A stretch of DNA of 64,000 bases from a virus: the IMG/VR virus record IMGVR_UViG_3300004463_001172, positions 45,137 to 109,136 of that record; one strand, 5' to 3'. The position numbers and the translations under genes are program-made. Below, in pieces: positions 27,836 to 39,992 of the stretch (its first letter is position 1; every line of letters begins with the position of its first letter). The notes below the pieces were generated by a model. That model had not been told where the DNA came from, ran no database searches, and saw only the letters and a list, made by a program, of their open reading frames with translations.

Positions 27836-29398
27836 AACTAGTGACAACAGAGAGAGGAGAACCCCACACGAATAGGAGCGCACACATAGAGATGATACCA
27901 TTACCACCACCTGATCAAATTGCTCAACGCCACCACGGCAGCCAAGATCGATCGCTCACACGTCAAGAGCTTCACCCCAGGCCTCATTATACGCGGACCG
28001 TCTGTGGTCTCGTTGTGCTGACCATGGAGTTATTAGCGCCCTATGTCGCCAGTCAACCAAATTGTAAAATCTGCTATCCCAAATGATTAAAGGAATACAG
28101 TCCATAGCCTCAGAGACATCACCATGAAAGACAAAGGCCTTACCAGTGTTCCTGCACTAGTAAGGCCTCATACGCTCATAGGCTGTGGTACCCAGACGTT
28201 AGAAGCGTCCGGTCTCCTCGAATCACCACATTTTCTCATCATCCGCTCGCTTCGTGATACCTTTGCGACCTGTCGGTGTGGTGCCTGGGAACTCACCCGA
28301 CCGACAGGAAGCCTTTCATCACCACATCTCCACGAAAGGAGCTACCCGATGCCCACAGTGAAAGAACTCGCCTTGGGAATTGACCCCAATGGTGAATGGG
28401 ACTTTTTTTACATGGCCGATTCGCCAGCATCCGCGCTGTATTACGCTGGCCCGTCCGCCTGTGAGCCAGAGCAGGAGCGCTACTGTGAGGCCTGCCGCCG
28501 TGTCCGTGAAGATGGCTGGCCCTACATCACAGAGTCTAAGCAGGAATATGTCATTATCAGGGAAGATGAGGAAGCCTGGCACACTGCCGTAGAGGCCATG
28601 CTCCACCGCATGGCCGAAGAGGACGCTGAATAACACAAAAGGCCTGCCGAGACCGAGCATCTCGACAGGCCCATCCGACACCCAAGCACGATAGCAGGAG
28701 TCTACCATATGCGCGCCTCCACAGGCAATGGTTCAGTGACGTTACTCTGCTCTGGGTCACTTGGTCAACGCTTTGCTGATCGACTAGGCCCTGCACTCGC
28801 CGCCAATGGCGTCACCTATCGCTCAGACTATACCGACGATCTCACGCCGTCGCTCACCATTCAACAACACACGTACAAGGAATGGCGCCGGATTAAGCGA
28901 TTGGTTCGGGAAATCCGCGCCACGTTAGACTACGTGCGCTGCCGCTGTGGTCACACGAAGCCGGAACATCCTCGCATCCCACGGGGGACCCATCCACTTT
29001 ATAAGTGCATCGAGTCATGTACCTGCAACGGTTACCGCGAAGCATACAACACTCCAGAGGAAAATTAACCATGCCCATCTCTCTCCGTGCGCTCAATCGC
29101 ACCTATGCCCGATATAAGGCATCTTGGCCCAGCAGTGTCCCTACTCGTTTTGTCGCTGTCACCGATCCGTCTACTGTTCAACGCATGCTCGCGTCTACGA
29201 TGTCTTGTTGCTGGGGCGCTGGCCAGACCATTGATGACACGGGCTGGGTTCAACTCTGTAGTCCTAGTCCCAGTCACAAGCATGATCCTCGTATAATCTT
29301 CGTCTGTCGGCAGCATTTACTGCCAAACAAAGACTAGGCTACTGATCGTAACGAGACTCTCTCGTCTTAATCGGTGGCAACTTAACGGAGAAACAACA

Positions 29399-29818
29399 TT
29401 GAACGAGCACGTAAGTTTTCAAAAAGAACTGACAGCACTCATTAATAAGCACAGCTTAGAAAACGGCTCGAACACGCCGGATTTTCTTCTGGCTGGATAC
29501 CTTCATGAATGTCTCCTCGCATTTAACTCCGCCACCCGCACGCGAGAGGATTGGTATGGTCGTACATATGATTCACCAGCATCCACACCCGCTGGATCAT
29601 CACTCGAACACATACCTTTCAACCAGAGTCAATCCATCGTGGTGAGTTGGGATTACCGCGAGCAACCCAATTGGATCGATATTCAGGCAGCACTACGGGC
29701 GTTTGACCACCCACAGATAACCACAGTTGAACATACAGGAGATGACCAAATCGCCGTGATTATCAGCAATCGACTGTTTACCCAAGAGGAAGCCGCCGCA
29801 CGATATTCCCTCGAATAA
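29399..29818 (+). CDS. Conserved phage hypothetical protein
   Basis: INKHSLENGSNTPDFLLA.YL motif; GGAGA RBS. Confidence 0.65.
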   Translation: MNEHVSFQKELTALINKHSLENGSNTPDFLLAGYLHECLLAFNSATRTREDWYGRTYDSPASTPAGSSLEHIPFNQSQSIVVSWDYREQPNWIDIQAALRAFDHPQITTVEHTGDDQIAVIISNRLFTQEEAAARYSLE

Positions 29819-29827
29819 GGAGCCCCC

Positions 29828-30181
29828 ATGGACGAGCAGATTAAAGATCAATGGATTCAAGCCTTACGCTCTGGAGTCTATCACCAAACGACCAAGACCC
29901 TCAAAGATGCGGCCGGATTTTGTTGTCTCGGGGTCCTGTGTGAGCTCCATCGCCAGATGACAGGCCGTGGTCGCTGGGATACCAACGGAGACTATATTGC
30001 AAACGGCGAGCGAAGCGACGGCGGATTACCCATCCCCGTTGTGCAGTGGGCCGGTGTCAGTAGTAAAAACCCCCTCTTATGGACCAGCCCAGGCCGCTGG
30101 GAAACCGCCGCCGCCTTAAATGACCAGGGCATGTCCTTCCTAGACATCGCGTCGTGTATTGAGGCTGAGCCTCACGTCTGA
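29828..30181 (+). CDS. Conserved phage hypothetical protein
   Basis: W..ALRSG.Y.Q...CCLGVLCE...LND.G.SF..IA..IE. Confidence 0.7.
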   Translation: MDEQIKDQWIQALRSGVYHQTTKTLKDAAGFCCLGVLCELHRQMTGRGRWDTNGDYIANGERSDGGLPIPVVQWAGVSSKNPLLWTSPGRWETAAALNDQGMSFLDIASCIEAEPHV

Positions 30182-30746
30182 GAGCCCAACGCCCCATAGC
30201 CCTAGTTGCCCCCAGGAGCCACGATCACCTGGGGGCCTGACCCGTTCCCTTGGAGGTGTCTCAATGCCCACACCCCTTGAGGTCGTCGTCAGCGCCGCCA
30301 AGAACGTGGCGTTGACGGCCGATATGGTGGCAAATGGCTATGCCCTCATGGCGGCCCTGGAAGCGGACCTCGAAGCGCTTGAAGAGGCGCTCGCGGCCTG
30401 GCGCCAAGCGACCGCCCTGGACGACACGACCCGTTCGCGTCCATAACCTTCTCGCGTCCGTGAAAGGAGTGGTACATATGGTGTTAGTCACTCGCACCAG
30501 ACGACTCTTGCTGGCTCGTGGGTGGATGCACGACCCCTATACTACCCATTATCGCATCACCAAGCGCCAAGCCCGGGGGCTTACCGTCCAAGATATCCCT
30601 CGTGGCGTGTCCCTGCATATCGACACCCCGGAGGATACCGATTGCCCGCATTGCTCGACACACATCCACCCCGTGCTTACTGGACTCATGTCTTGATCGG
30701 TCGCGTCCATCACCTGCTCGCGTCCCTCATTAATATAAAATAAGCC

Positions 30747-30775
30747 TTGACATATACATCATCATGGTATATATT
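30747..30775 (+). promoter_or_regulatory. Early sigma70 promoter
   Basis: TTGACA-17-TATATT. Confidence 0.85.
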
Positions 30776-31001
30776 AAACACCGTGAAATACACAGACAAT
30801 AACTCATAAATAATGAAGATCACCACCCATGAGAACACTATCGAAACGTGTACATCGGTGCCCAACTCAGGCGTGTTGCCGATGTGAGGGGCACCAAGGC
30901 AATCATTGGTGCTCCGTCTGTAACTCTCAAGATTTATCAGGCAAAGCCTACGAGGCACACGAATGTTATCAAGCCCCCGATGCTCAATAATGAGGTGTCA
31001 T

Positions 31002-31499
31002 ATGCCACTAATTCACCACAAGGCCACCAACCTCCCCCAGAGGCTGGTGCGGCTCCTGGAATTTTTGAAGGATACCAAGCGGACCACGGAAGAGATTCGC
31101 GTCCATGGGGGGCCAACAGGAAAACCATATAAAAATGCCCACACCGCCAAGAATGTGTGTTATGACGCGGCTAAGCTGGGCTTCAACCTCCACCATGATC
31201 TCACCAGTGATCAGTGGTGGATTAACTCAGATGACCTCCCCAAGGACCTGAACACCCTGGGTGTCCGCCAGCCTCGGCTTTTTAAACCCACGGCGCAGAT
31301 CAGAAAGCTGCGAAAGCTGCTCATGGTCAGGCCTCGTTCGGCGGAAGAAATCGCCGAGGTGCTCGGGTATTACCAAGTGTCCTCAGCACGGGACTTGTGC
31401 TACCGAGCCCGGCGGCCGCCATATAACTTGCCGCTCGTCCGTGACGCCAACACCAAGCTCTGGACCATCGACCAGGAGAAGGGGACAAACCATGACTAA
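31002..31499 (+). CDS. Tandem winged-HTH-like protein
   Basis: Two related repeats L..LL....R(T/S).EEI...CY.A....NL......W.I. Confidence 0.6.
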   Translation: MPLIHHKATNLPQRLVRLLEFLKDTKRTTEEIRVHGGPTGKPYKNAHTAKNVCYDAAKLGFNLHHDLTSDQWWINSDDLPKDLNTLGVRQPRLFKPTAQIRKLRKLLMVRPRSAEEIAEVLGYYQVSSARDLCYRARRPPYNLPLVRDANTKLWTIDQEKGTNHD

Positions 31500-31979
31500 A
31501 GCCGAAGCCATCCGACAAGTCACTGCCCTCAATATCCCTTTTATAAATCTGGTCGATGGCCAATGTAGCCCAGAGGCCACCCGGCGATCGATGTCCGAGG
31601 ATCATTTTGCCTGTATGACCCCTCGCTGCGGCGGAGAACTACTGGTCGTCTCCACCGATGCCCGCACGATCGACACCTTCGGCAGTGGGACTTTCACGTG
31701 CCCATGATGCACCTCAGCGCCCGTGCTGCTGCGCGGCTTGGTGTCCCCTTCGGCACACCCGTCCCGCATTTGGAACCAGCATCCATGTGGGATGTCATGC
31801 AGCAACGCCGTCATGGTGATGCCGTAATCGCCCTCATCGGGGATGATCGTGGCTATGCCCCCGACTGGGAATATTTCATTGCTGTGGCCTGGGCACCTCA
31901 AGCAATTACCACAGAATATGGCGATCCGCATCATGTCCCAGGACTGTATTGAAAACACCAAAAAAACATAATATATACC

Positions 31980-32008
31980 TTTACAAAAACACAGTTATGG
32001 TATATATT
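31980..32008 (+). promoter_or_regulatory. Early sigma70 promoter
   Basis: TTTACA-17-TATATT. Confidence 0.75.
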
Positions 32009-32824
32009 AAATATCAATGAATCACATCAATAACTACAACAAGGAGAACACATCATGGTACCCATCGACATTCCAGAACAGAGCGGCTTGAGATGGTTAA
32101 AAACCGCTCAAGATTTTCAGGTGTTAAAAGGAATCACCTTCGCTGCCATGTCGCCTGACGCGGAAACGGCCCGCGTCCTCGGCAGCTCGGCTCAACTTAT
32201 TCCTGATTCCATGGCCGTCAGTGTTGTCGCCTACGGCCACTATTGGTCCAGGGAAGCAAGGCCCTGGATTGATAAGGGCCAGGGCATCCGTGCCGACTTC
32301 TGGCGCGGGAAACGTCTCGAAGGCTAACCCTAATCGCACCCAACAAGGAGCATCATGAAAATCTACTCAGAGTTTTTAAGAGGGTATCTCTCGCCTCTCA
32401 CCAAAGCCGAGAAAAGGCGTGTCCGCCAAGCCGCGCAGCACATGGCGCGCGAGGGGAGAATCTTGGCGCACGCTAACCCGAGGGGCTTTTCCCCAGTCTA
32501 TCCATCAGGCCCAGGGTTCAAATATACGATTAAGGCATATTACCCTGCCGAAGCTGACGAGGCAGGAGGCTATCAGGCCGCCGCGCCTGATCTCAGGTAT
32601 GTCAAGTGCTGGGAGTTCATCACGGTCGATGAACTCTACTGCCGCGCCCCCGGTGCCGACATCTTCGCGGCTGCAAAGGCCGGCGAGGTCTATCGGGAGG
32701 AGTAACCCTAAGTGTGCGAGAGGGCTCCGGCCCTCTACCTGAAATAACAGGCCTGGCACGGTGCCAGGGAGGCATAGGGGTTTAGCACCCATCACCGCCA
32801 ATGGGGCGGTAGAGGAGAGACATC

Positions 32825-33817
32825 ATGACCGGCCATCCCACCCGCACATTAACGTGTGCCATTACCTTCCATTTAAGCCAGTTTGGGCAGAAACACGCAC
32901 TCGCCAATGGCTTCGATGCCAGCACCCCACAAACCCGTACCGTGGAGATCACTACGGACGATCTCCCATGGGTTGAGGTGTCCGCTGACGGCTCCCTCGC
33001 TGCCATGCTATTTACCTATCGTCCTGATACGTGGGGCCAACTCCTCCGTGACCCTCTCGCTCTCGACGCCTACCCTTCAGATGAGACATTACTCGACCTC
33101 TGCCGGGCCATGGCGGCCGACAAGGCTGCTATCAAAGCCTCGATTAAGGCGGACGCTGCCGCCAAAGCTGAGCAACAAGCGGCGGAGCAGCGAGCGCTCC
33201 AAGCCAAACGGTCTGCCGTGGCCGCTGCGTTCTTCGCCAACCCCGCTGCCAGAGGCTCCTTTGCCATTGGCGGCAACGTCTGGATTGAGGATGGCACAGA
33301 CACGAGGCTGGAATTTCCCCAAACCGATGAAGTCTATCAAGAAGCCGCTCGCCGCCAAGCGGCCGACGAAGAGGCTGCCCGGCAACGTGAGGCCCTCCGA
33401 CAAGAAGAGATTGCAAAGTTTCTCGATGAGTATGCTGACACCAATGTTTTGGCTAGGTACCGAGCGGGCGTCCTTGACGCGAAGGAACTCATCGAAACGG
33501 TGTCAGACGTTATCTTCCAGGTGCTCGATTCAGGGTATCCCCACTATCGCCGCCTGACGCCAGAAGACGTATTACATGACGAGGCGTGCTATACCGCTGC
33601 CGAACCCACCTTTCACCGGAGCCCCCCATCCACCCTTACGGCGGCGCAGTGGGAGCGGCTGCAAGTCATCACGGCGCTCACGCCCCAAGGGGCCAGCGTT
33701 GAATACCGGCGGCATGTTGGCCTCTGTAAAGCCTGTGGTGCCACCGTGGAGCGGTTCGGGGTCTTTATCAAACTGGAGTGGAATGGCCTGACGCTTCGGC
33801 GTGAGTACGAAGGTTAA
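32825..33817 (+). CDS. Hypothetical protein (330 aa, central coiled coil)
   Basis: GAGGAGA RBS; hairpin CCCAAGCCTG/CAGGCTTGGG follows. Confidence 0.75.
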   Translation: MTGHPTRTLTCAITFHLSQFGQKHALANGFDASTPQTRTVEITTDDLPWVEVSADGSLAAMLFTYRPDTWGQLLRDPLALDAYPSDETLLDLCRAMAADKAAIKASIKADAAAKAEQQAAEQRALQAKRSAVAAAFFANPAARGSFAIGGNVWIEDGTDTRLEFPQTDEVYQEAARRQAADEEAARQREALRQEEIAKFLDEYADTNVLARYRAGVLDAKELIETVSDVIFQVLDSGYPHYRRLTPEDVLHDEACYTAAEPTFHRSPPSTLTAAQWERLQVITALTPQGASVEYRRHVGLCKACGATVERFGVFIKLEWNGLTLRREYEG

Positions 33818-35588
33818 CTAATGCGCCCAAGCCTGCCGAAACAGGCTTGGGTTCTCGCATCCTGGAGTCACCCACGCGGCTGGAGCCGCAGAAAGGTCTC
33901 ACATGCGCACCGGCAATCTTCGCAACTGGCGGCCCCTCACCATTTGTGTTCAGCTCACCACGGCCGCTCAAGGAAATCTCGCAACGAATGCCGCCGGGGA
34001 AACGTATCTCGCATCGTTTCTCGGCTGGCATCGCGGCACGAAAATCGTGGCCGATGGGCCAACGGAGGCTGCCGCGATCAGGCGTCTCGGCCAACTCACT
34101 GAGATCCCCTCAGCTTCCCTCGCCACGTGCCCCATACTCCACGACGAGCCCTAACCTCTTTCCCTCGTGCCCATCCATCAGCCCTGCGAGGCTGTGGGTG
34201 GGCCATCGACCCCCGTGGCGCGAAGTGGGATGCTCTAGCAATCCCCGCAGCGCCTAGAAAGGCCAAATCGATGACGCCTAACAAGGCTTGCTCAGTGGTT
34301 CCCCCGATCGGCACGGCTAAGAGCGCCATCACCGAGATCATTGCTCAGCTCCGGGCGCATCCCCCCGCGCCCTCTCCGGTAGACGATACCGTTACGCTCT
34401 ACGTCGGCCCAGGGTCCAGCCAGCTCACACCAAAGCAGGCTGATCTCGTGGCCGCGTATCAATATTGTCGCTATCACCTTAGTGATGGTGTGACCTGGGC
34501 CGTCGTACTCCCGTCCAGTCGCCTCCCAGAGATTCAGGCGGCCGGTTCCTCAAACCCTTCGCATCCCTGACAGGAGTGCATCATGAATACTGCTCAACGC
34601 CCTGACCCTTTACGAATCCGCCGTGCTTTCTACCAGGGCTACCATGACGGCCGCTTCTGGAGAGCCCAAGGCTGCCGATTCGATGCGCACGACCTGCGCA
34701 TCTGCCCCTATTCGACGTTTATGCCGGGTGTGCAGTGTCGCGTGGCCTGGAAACTCGGCTATGAGCAGGCGTATCAACTCGGCCGCAACTCATGGTCGCT
34801 CCGGCGGCTCTATGCTATCTAACCTCGTCGCATCCTTGAAAGGATCGAGTCATGAAACTCCAGCTCCCCTCACCACGTCGGAAGCGAAAGCCAGCAAAGA
34901 CTGCACCACAACAGGCCCAGGCGCTGCTCCGCTTGGCCTTTGGCCCACGACCGCCGAGACGCGGTTTCCGGGCAAACCCTTCGCGTCCATAAGAGGAGAG
35001 TCATGACTACTTCGCCAGCAGAACCTTTGGATGATCTGTACTGTTTTTCCCTGTACTGTGAAGGGCACGGTGTCACGAAATCCAAGCCCTTCGCCACGAT
35101 TCGGCCCTCAGCTGAGGAGGCCACGGCACAAGCCTTCCGCGTGTGGCTTGAGGAATTCCCCCAAGCCGCGGGCTGGTGTAACCATCAAGTTGCGCTATTA
35201 CTCATTCCCCGTGACCGAATTCTCCAACTCGTACAGTCATGGTCTGTGACCCCCTCGCACCTGTGAAAGAGTCGTATGGCCGGGCAGAAATATCTTCCTA
35301 GTGTCTGCTATAACTCGCGTCCTTGCTGTCGGGTGTGGTAGCTCTCTAATACAGTACGAAGGGGTTCCTGACTTGCGAGCGGCGTGTGTTCGAGGTGAGC
35401 AATGCAGGGGGCCAACTGGGCGAGATCAAGTGAGGTCACGAGGTGCAGGACTTGCGCCAGCACGCCAGGAGGCCACGGCGCCCCCTGGCGAATCCTCCGA
35501 TTCCATGGGTTGTCGGTCGATGTAAGTCATGAGGAATAAAGCGTTTAATATTCTTCGCAGTGAGAAATGACGGTAGGTTGTCGGTCGA

Positions 35589-35951
35589 CTACTGATCTAA
35601 CGGATAATGCTCATGAGCCCACTCCACCAATCCCGCAATGGCGCTCGCGTCCAATTGCAGGGCGATCACCACCAGCCGCCGCAATACTGGGTTGCGCAGT
35701 TCCGGCTCAATGCGTCCCGCGGCTGCCAGCAACTCCGTGCGCTCTTCCGGCGTACACCCAATGCCCGTGGCAAAGGCTTCGATCTGGGCGCGACTGGGCA
35801 GGCTCTCCGTGGCGCCCGTTTCGATCTTGGAGATATACGCGGTGTCGCGGTGGATGGCGCGGCAGAAGGCTCGCTGGCTCAGGCCATGGGTCTGCCGGAT
35901 ACGTCGTAGGGTGGTGCCAAAGGGCTCGACGACAGGCTCGTGTGTCGTCAT
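35589..35951 (-). CDS. XRE-family HTH regulator
   Basis: FGTTLRRIR...GLSQ......YISKIETG. Confidence 0.88.
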   Translation of the reverse strand: MTTHEPVVEPFGTTLRRIRQTHGLSQRAFCRAIHRDTAYISKIETGATESLPSRAQIEAFATGIGCTPEERTELLAAAGRIEPELRNPVLRRLVVIALQLDASAIAGLVEWAHEHYPLDQ

Positions 35952-36397
35952 GTGCTCGCGTCCTCCACTGATCCAACGCCTCGGAGCATGCCCCAGCCCT
36001 CGCGTCCAAAGACCTCAATACCCTCAGAGTCCATCGACGGCCCCTCGGGGTATTGCTGCTCATAGGCTGCGACCTGCCGCATGAGTCGTTGCAGCTTCGC
36101 TTGGCAGGTGATCATGTCCGCATGCAGATACCATCTCTCTACCCACCGTTGGTGCGTTTCTTCCCAGTCCTCATCTGTCATAGTTCTCTCGCGTCCTCAA
36201 CCATCAAGGCTCGTTCCAGTGCCTGTTGCTTCTGCCGCAACCCGCCGTCAGGATCTCCGTCAATCTGGTCCCAATACGGGCGCTTCGCGTTCTCATCCTC
36301 AAGATCGGCAAAATATTGCTTGATCTCTGCCAGTAACACGACCCTCCTAGCCCTCAGTGCCTGCCGTGCTTCATCCATCGTGAGCCCCTCGTCCTAC

Positions 36398-36823
36398 TTA
36401 CTGATAATGTGCCCGCTGGCAAAACGTCGCCAACAGTAAGGCATCTGCAATGGTATGGGTAATTTTGAGATAGGGATACAGTTCCTGCGCCCGTCGTTTG
36501 GTGATATTCTTGTCACCCTTGGTGAGACAGCCCAAGCCGCGTTGCCAGACGCCCGGTGGCACCATCTCAAAAGGAATATCGCAGGCATGGAGTGCCATCC
36601 GCAGGCCATGATAACTACCAGAAAACCCCCACACGCTGACCACCCCTTGCTTCGGCATCGGCCCCACTTTTTCCAAGATCGCCCGACACGGCTGCACACT
36701 CAGTTCGCGGAGCAAGTCCAAAATATCGCGTTCCGTCCCAGGCATCGCCCAGGCCTGCGCTTTCCCATCCTGAATGCGGGCGATGCCCCCAGATTGACCA
36801 GGATCGATGCCAAGAAAGACCAC
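36398..36823 (-). CDS. RuvC-like Holliday junction resolvase
   Basis: GIDPGQSGGIA, ILEKV, P..W, ADALLLA. Confidence 0.88.
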   Translation of the reverse strand: MVFLGIDPGQSGGIARIQDGKAQAWAMPGTERDILDLLRELSVQPCRAILEKVGPMPKQGVVSVWGFSGSYHGLRMALHACDIPFEMVPPGVWQRGLGCLTKGDKNITKRRAQELYPYLKITHTIADALLLATFCQRAHYQ

Positions 36824-36852
36824 AGCTCACCCCTCCTCGCGCCCACCGCTTC

Positions 36853-37620
36853 TTAGGCTGTCGGAAATGCTTTCAACGCCCATAGGTCGTCAGGTAGGCG
36901 CCCCTGCTGACCGGGATAGCGCCCCCTGTCTTGCTTCACAAAGAGTTGGCACCCAGCCCCCTGTGCTTGTGTCACAATGCTTTGTACCCAGGCGATTTCC
37001 ATTGGTCGCGCCTTGGCTCCTGTTTCTCCGCCGATAATGACGAGGTCGATGCCTCGTACATCCATCTCCCCTAAATCTTCGAGTAATGGCTCACAAGAGA
37101 GAAATCGTTTAGCGACCCTGGACTGCTTCAGCAGGTCAATGCGTCCCATCGTGGCTCGGTTCTCCACCGTGACCCCGACGAAAAGGTTATTCGGTGCTGG
37201 AACTCGAAATGGATGGAAATAGTCTGGAAGGCGCTCGGCTCGCTTCGTCAGCGTCATCACTCGATGCCGTGGGTTGAGTGTCGCCGCTAGGAGTATCATA
37301 TCAATCCATTGATCTGGCACTCGCTCATGCCAGATATCTGTCATACTACCGAGAAAAATTGTGGCGGGTCCCCGATGCGTGCGGAGTTTCTGCAACTCTG
37401 GCTCATAGAGTTCCCAGGTCACGACATCTTCGCTGGCGCGGTTGTAGGGGAGCCTTGTCCCCAGCCGGAGATTCAATTCCTCGGCATAACATGCAGTGCA
37501 CCCATCACTAATTCGCGTGCAAACCCACCCACGTTTCCCTGTCTCGTGGTGTCTTCCGATAATTGGATTCGCTGTATGTGAACACCAGCCGATGTTCGTC
37601 TTCTGCATGAGGCTCCTCAC
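36853..37620 (-). CDS. DUF5131 (phage Gp37/Gp68) radical-SAM-like protein
   Basis: T.I.W...T.NP, C...S.GC..CYA, SMTD.WH, LTKR, FLSCEPLL, IGGE.G..AR, FVKQ. Confidence 0.9.
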   Translation of the reverse strand: MRSLMQKTNIGWCSHTANPIIGRHHETGKRGWVCTRISDGCTACYAEELNLRLGTRLPYNRASEDVVTWELYEPELQKLRTHRGPATIFLGSMTDIWHERVPDQWIDMILLAATLNPRHRVMTLTKRAERLPDYFHPFRVPAPNNLFVGVTVENRATMGRIDLLKQSRVAKRFLSCEPLLEDLGEMDVRGIDLVIIGGETGAKARPMEIAWVQSIVTQAQGAGCQLFVKQDRGRYPGQQGRLPDDLWALKAFPTA

Positions 37621-37959
37621 CTAGAATGGCACGCCAGCATCCAAAAAGGTCTCCACCGGGACGCCAAACTTTTCGAAAAAGGTTTTCGCTAAGTTCCACC
37701 GGTGCTCCATGCCTGCGATCGACCGTTCTAGGTCACGCTTTTTCGATTCAAGGGTATAGATCTCTTTGCGCAGCCCTTCATGGTACGGCACCACGCGCAA
37801 TTGGCTCTCCACAAATACTTGTAAAGCTGCTAACGCCGCTTCTGGGGTCTCTCCCACGTCCACCTGGGCCACCCCACCGATCTGTTCATTCTCGTAATTC
37901 CCGAATGATTGGAGCCGTGTGTACGTCACCGACGTGATATGCATAGTTACCCCCTCCAT
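37621..37959 (-). CDS. Hypothetical protein with SSB-like VPF tail
   Basis: GNYENE motif, coiled coil, ends DAGVPF. Confidence 0.65.
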   Translation of the reverse strand: MEGVTMHITSVTYTRLQSFGNYENEQIGGVAQVDVGETPEAALAALQVFVESQLRVVPYHEGLRKEIYTLESKKRDLERSIAGMEHRWNLAKTFFEKFGVPVETFLDAGVPF

Positions 37960-38461
37960 CGTGTCCAGTCCCCCGCCCTAGCTCGCCAATCACCAGGGCG
38001 GGGGCACGCTCTCTACGATAGCCACTGACTACTCGCTTACACCCTGCGCAGCATTCCGCTGCTCATCTGGGTCCAATGCCACCTCCCTTCTCTGAGTCTG
38101 CTTATTCATTAAAATCTTCATCGGCGTGGAGTTATGGTGTCATGCGCTCCGCTTCCGCTGATAACTGCTCGATCAACGCCTTGATCTGTTGTTCTACCGC
38201 CACGGCCCGGCGTTCATCAAATTCCCCCAACATCTCCCCACTGGCGAGCCCTTGCTGAATGGCCTGGATGGCCAACCAATAGGCACATTGTTTGGCATGC
38301 TCTTGTTGCACGGCCTCACACCTCCCCTCCCTGCGTCGGTCGATTCGGTACTGGTTTGGGTTCCCACCAGCCCTGTTTCGGAAAGGGCCAGCGCTCCCGC
38401 ATGCGCACGCGCCTGGCCTCCCGAGCGGCTTTCACGGTATTCTGTGGCTTCGCGGTCGAGG

Positions 38462-39601
38462 TCATCCAGCCACCTCTACCGCCTTCTCCGTTTTCGGTAG
38501 GCGTCCTTCGAGCCGCATCTTCACCATGTCATAGGTCTGGAGCGACACTCCGGCTGGATAATGATCGAGCAGATCTTGGACATCCACCTCAGCATCCGTG
38601 CCTACGCGCTTCGCTAATCGCCTCAAGGCGGCAATTTGTTCAGGTGTGGCATAACCCGTTCGTGTCGTGGCGGCGGCTGTCCCTGTGCTCACCGCTGGTT
38701 CTTGCTCCTGCTGACGAGGTTCCCCCGTCGTGGCCGGGTCAATCAACTCGTCAATCTCCGGCATCAGCTCTTCTCCGGTCTCCAGCGCTCCTGGTGTTTC
38801 GACCCACTGCATGTACGTCTTGTAACCTTCCTGAAGGTCAGCGAGTGATTTCCCTTTCAGCTCCGCATTGCGCGTAATCTGAAAGGCGCTTTTATAGGCC
38901 TCCATCTGCCGTGTTTTGGCATCACCCTTCGGCAGGGCCAACACTTCCGCCCATTTCGCCTGAATCGTGTTTATCAAGCTATTCCATCTGGCGGTCTCCG
39001 GCGGGGTCATTTCCGGACGCTTCGGTTCCTCTTTGAGCTCCTCCTCGTGATTTGCTTCCTTCAAGACACTCCCCAGTAATGGCGTGCCGAGGCGTGGATC
39101 CCGGTCCTCTTCCCCAACAATCCCCTTCGCCACTGTCGGAATCGCCTCGACTTCGGTTTCGTCCAACATTCCTAATCCACAAATTGATAAGGTCGTGCGG
39201 TTTTTCCCTTTCGTAATAGCTTTCAGCACCGCATTCCCTAGCGCCTCACCCTTGAGGTTGCCCACAATGGCAAATCCGTAATCTTCATCCTCACGTCCCA
39301 GCCGATCCTTCCCCCGGACATGTACCATCACGAGTTCTCGTTCAAACTTGGGTTCGTCGACCCAGAGCGACACGCCGTTCAGCTTCCGTAACTGCTCAGA
39401 GCACCCTTTCAGGGCATAGAGTTGTAGTTTGCCATTTAAGGCCAGCCATCGAAACGGCTGTGTCAGTGGATTCAATCCAAGGCTCCGACATTTCTCTTGG
39501 TAAAACCACTCTTTATCGTCTTCATTTACCGCTGTGAAATCTCCAAATGCCAGGGCATGAGCGACAGCTTTAGGCATTTGCACAGTCATTCGCTCGTCCA
39601 T
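38462..39601 (-). CDS. RecT/Redbeta-like single-strand annealing protein
   Basis: C..LGLNPL, NA..KAITK...R..L...GL..LDETE. Confidence 0.75.
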   Translation of the reverse strand: MDERMTVQMPKAVAHALAFGDFTAVNEDDKEWFYQEKCRSLGLNPLTQPFRWLALNGKLQLYALKGCSEQLRKLNGVSLWVDEPKFERELVMVHVRGKDRLGREDEDYGFAIVGNLKGEALGNAVLKAITKGKNRTTLSICGLGMLDETEVEAIPTVAKGIVGEEDRDPRLGTPLLGSVLKEANHEEELKEEPKRPEMTPPETARWNSLINTIQAKWAEVLALPKGDAKTRQMEAYKSAFQITRNAELKGKSLADLQEGYKTYMQWVETPGALETGEELMPEIDELIDPATTGEPRQQEQEPAVSTGTAAATTRTGYATPEQIAALRRLAKRVGTDAEVDVQDLLDHYPAGVSLQTYDMVKMRLEGRLPKTEKAVEVAG

Positions 39602-39992
39602 CCCCTACACCTCCCCGATCGAGGCATCATAGGCGCGCAACACCTGCGCTAACTGCTCCCAATTCGTCAGGTACTCTTCCGGTATCACCTGTGCCGGGAA
39701 GAGCCCCACACTGACGGCTACCCGCATGGCCGCCTGCATCCGAGCCGTATCCACCCGCTCCCCAGGCAAATCTCCTGCACCCTGGAGCCGCGCCCGCCGC
39801 TCCGCATCGAGCACGCCCCAGACCTTATCGCGCTCCTCGGGCGTCAACCCCCCAACCACCGGCCACTGAGCACCGTTATACGTGAGCCGCAGCCGCATCT
39901 CGCCAGGCTCCGGGCCATAGGGCGCTTCAATCGGTTCCAAGATCACCTCGAAGTGCTCCCGGCGGTGTTGTGATCGCTCTACACGTGACTGC

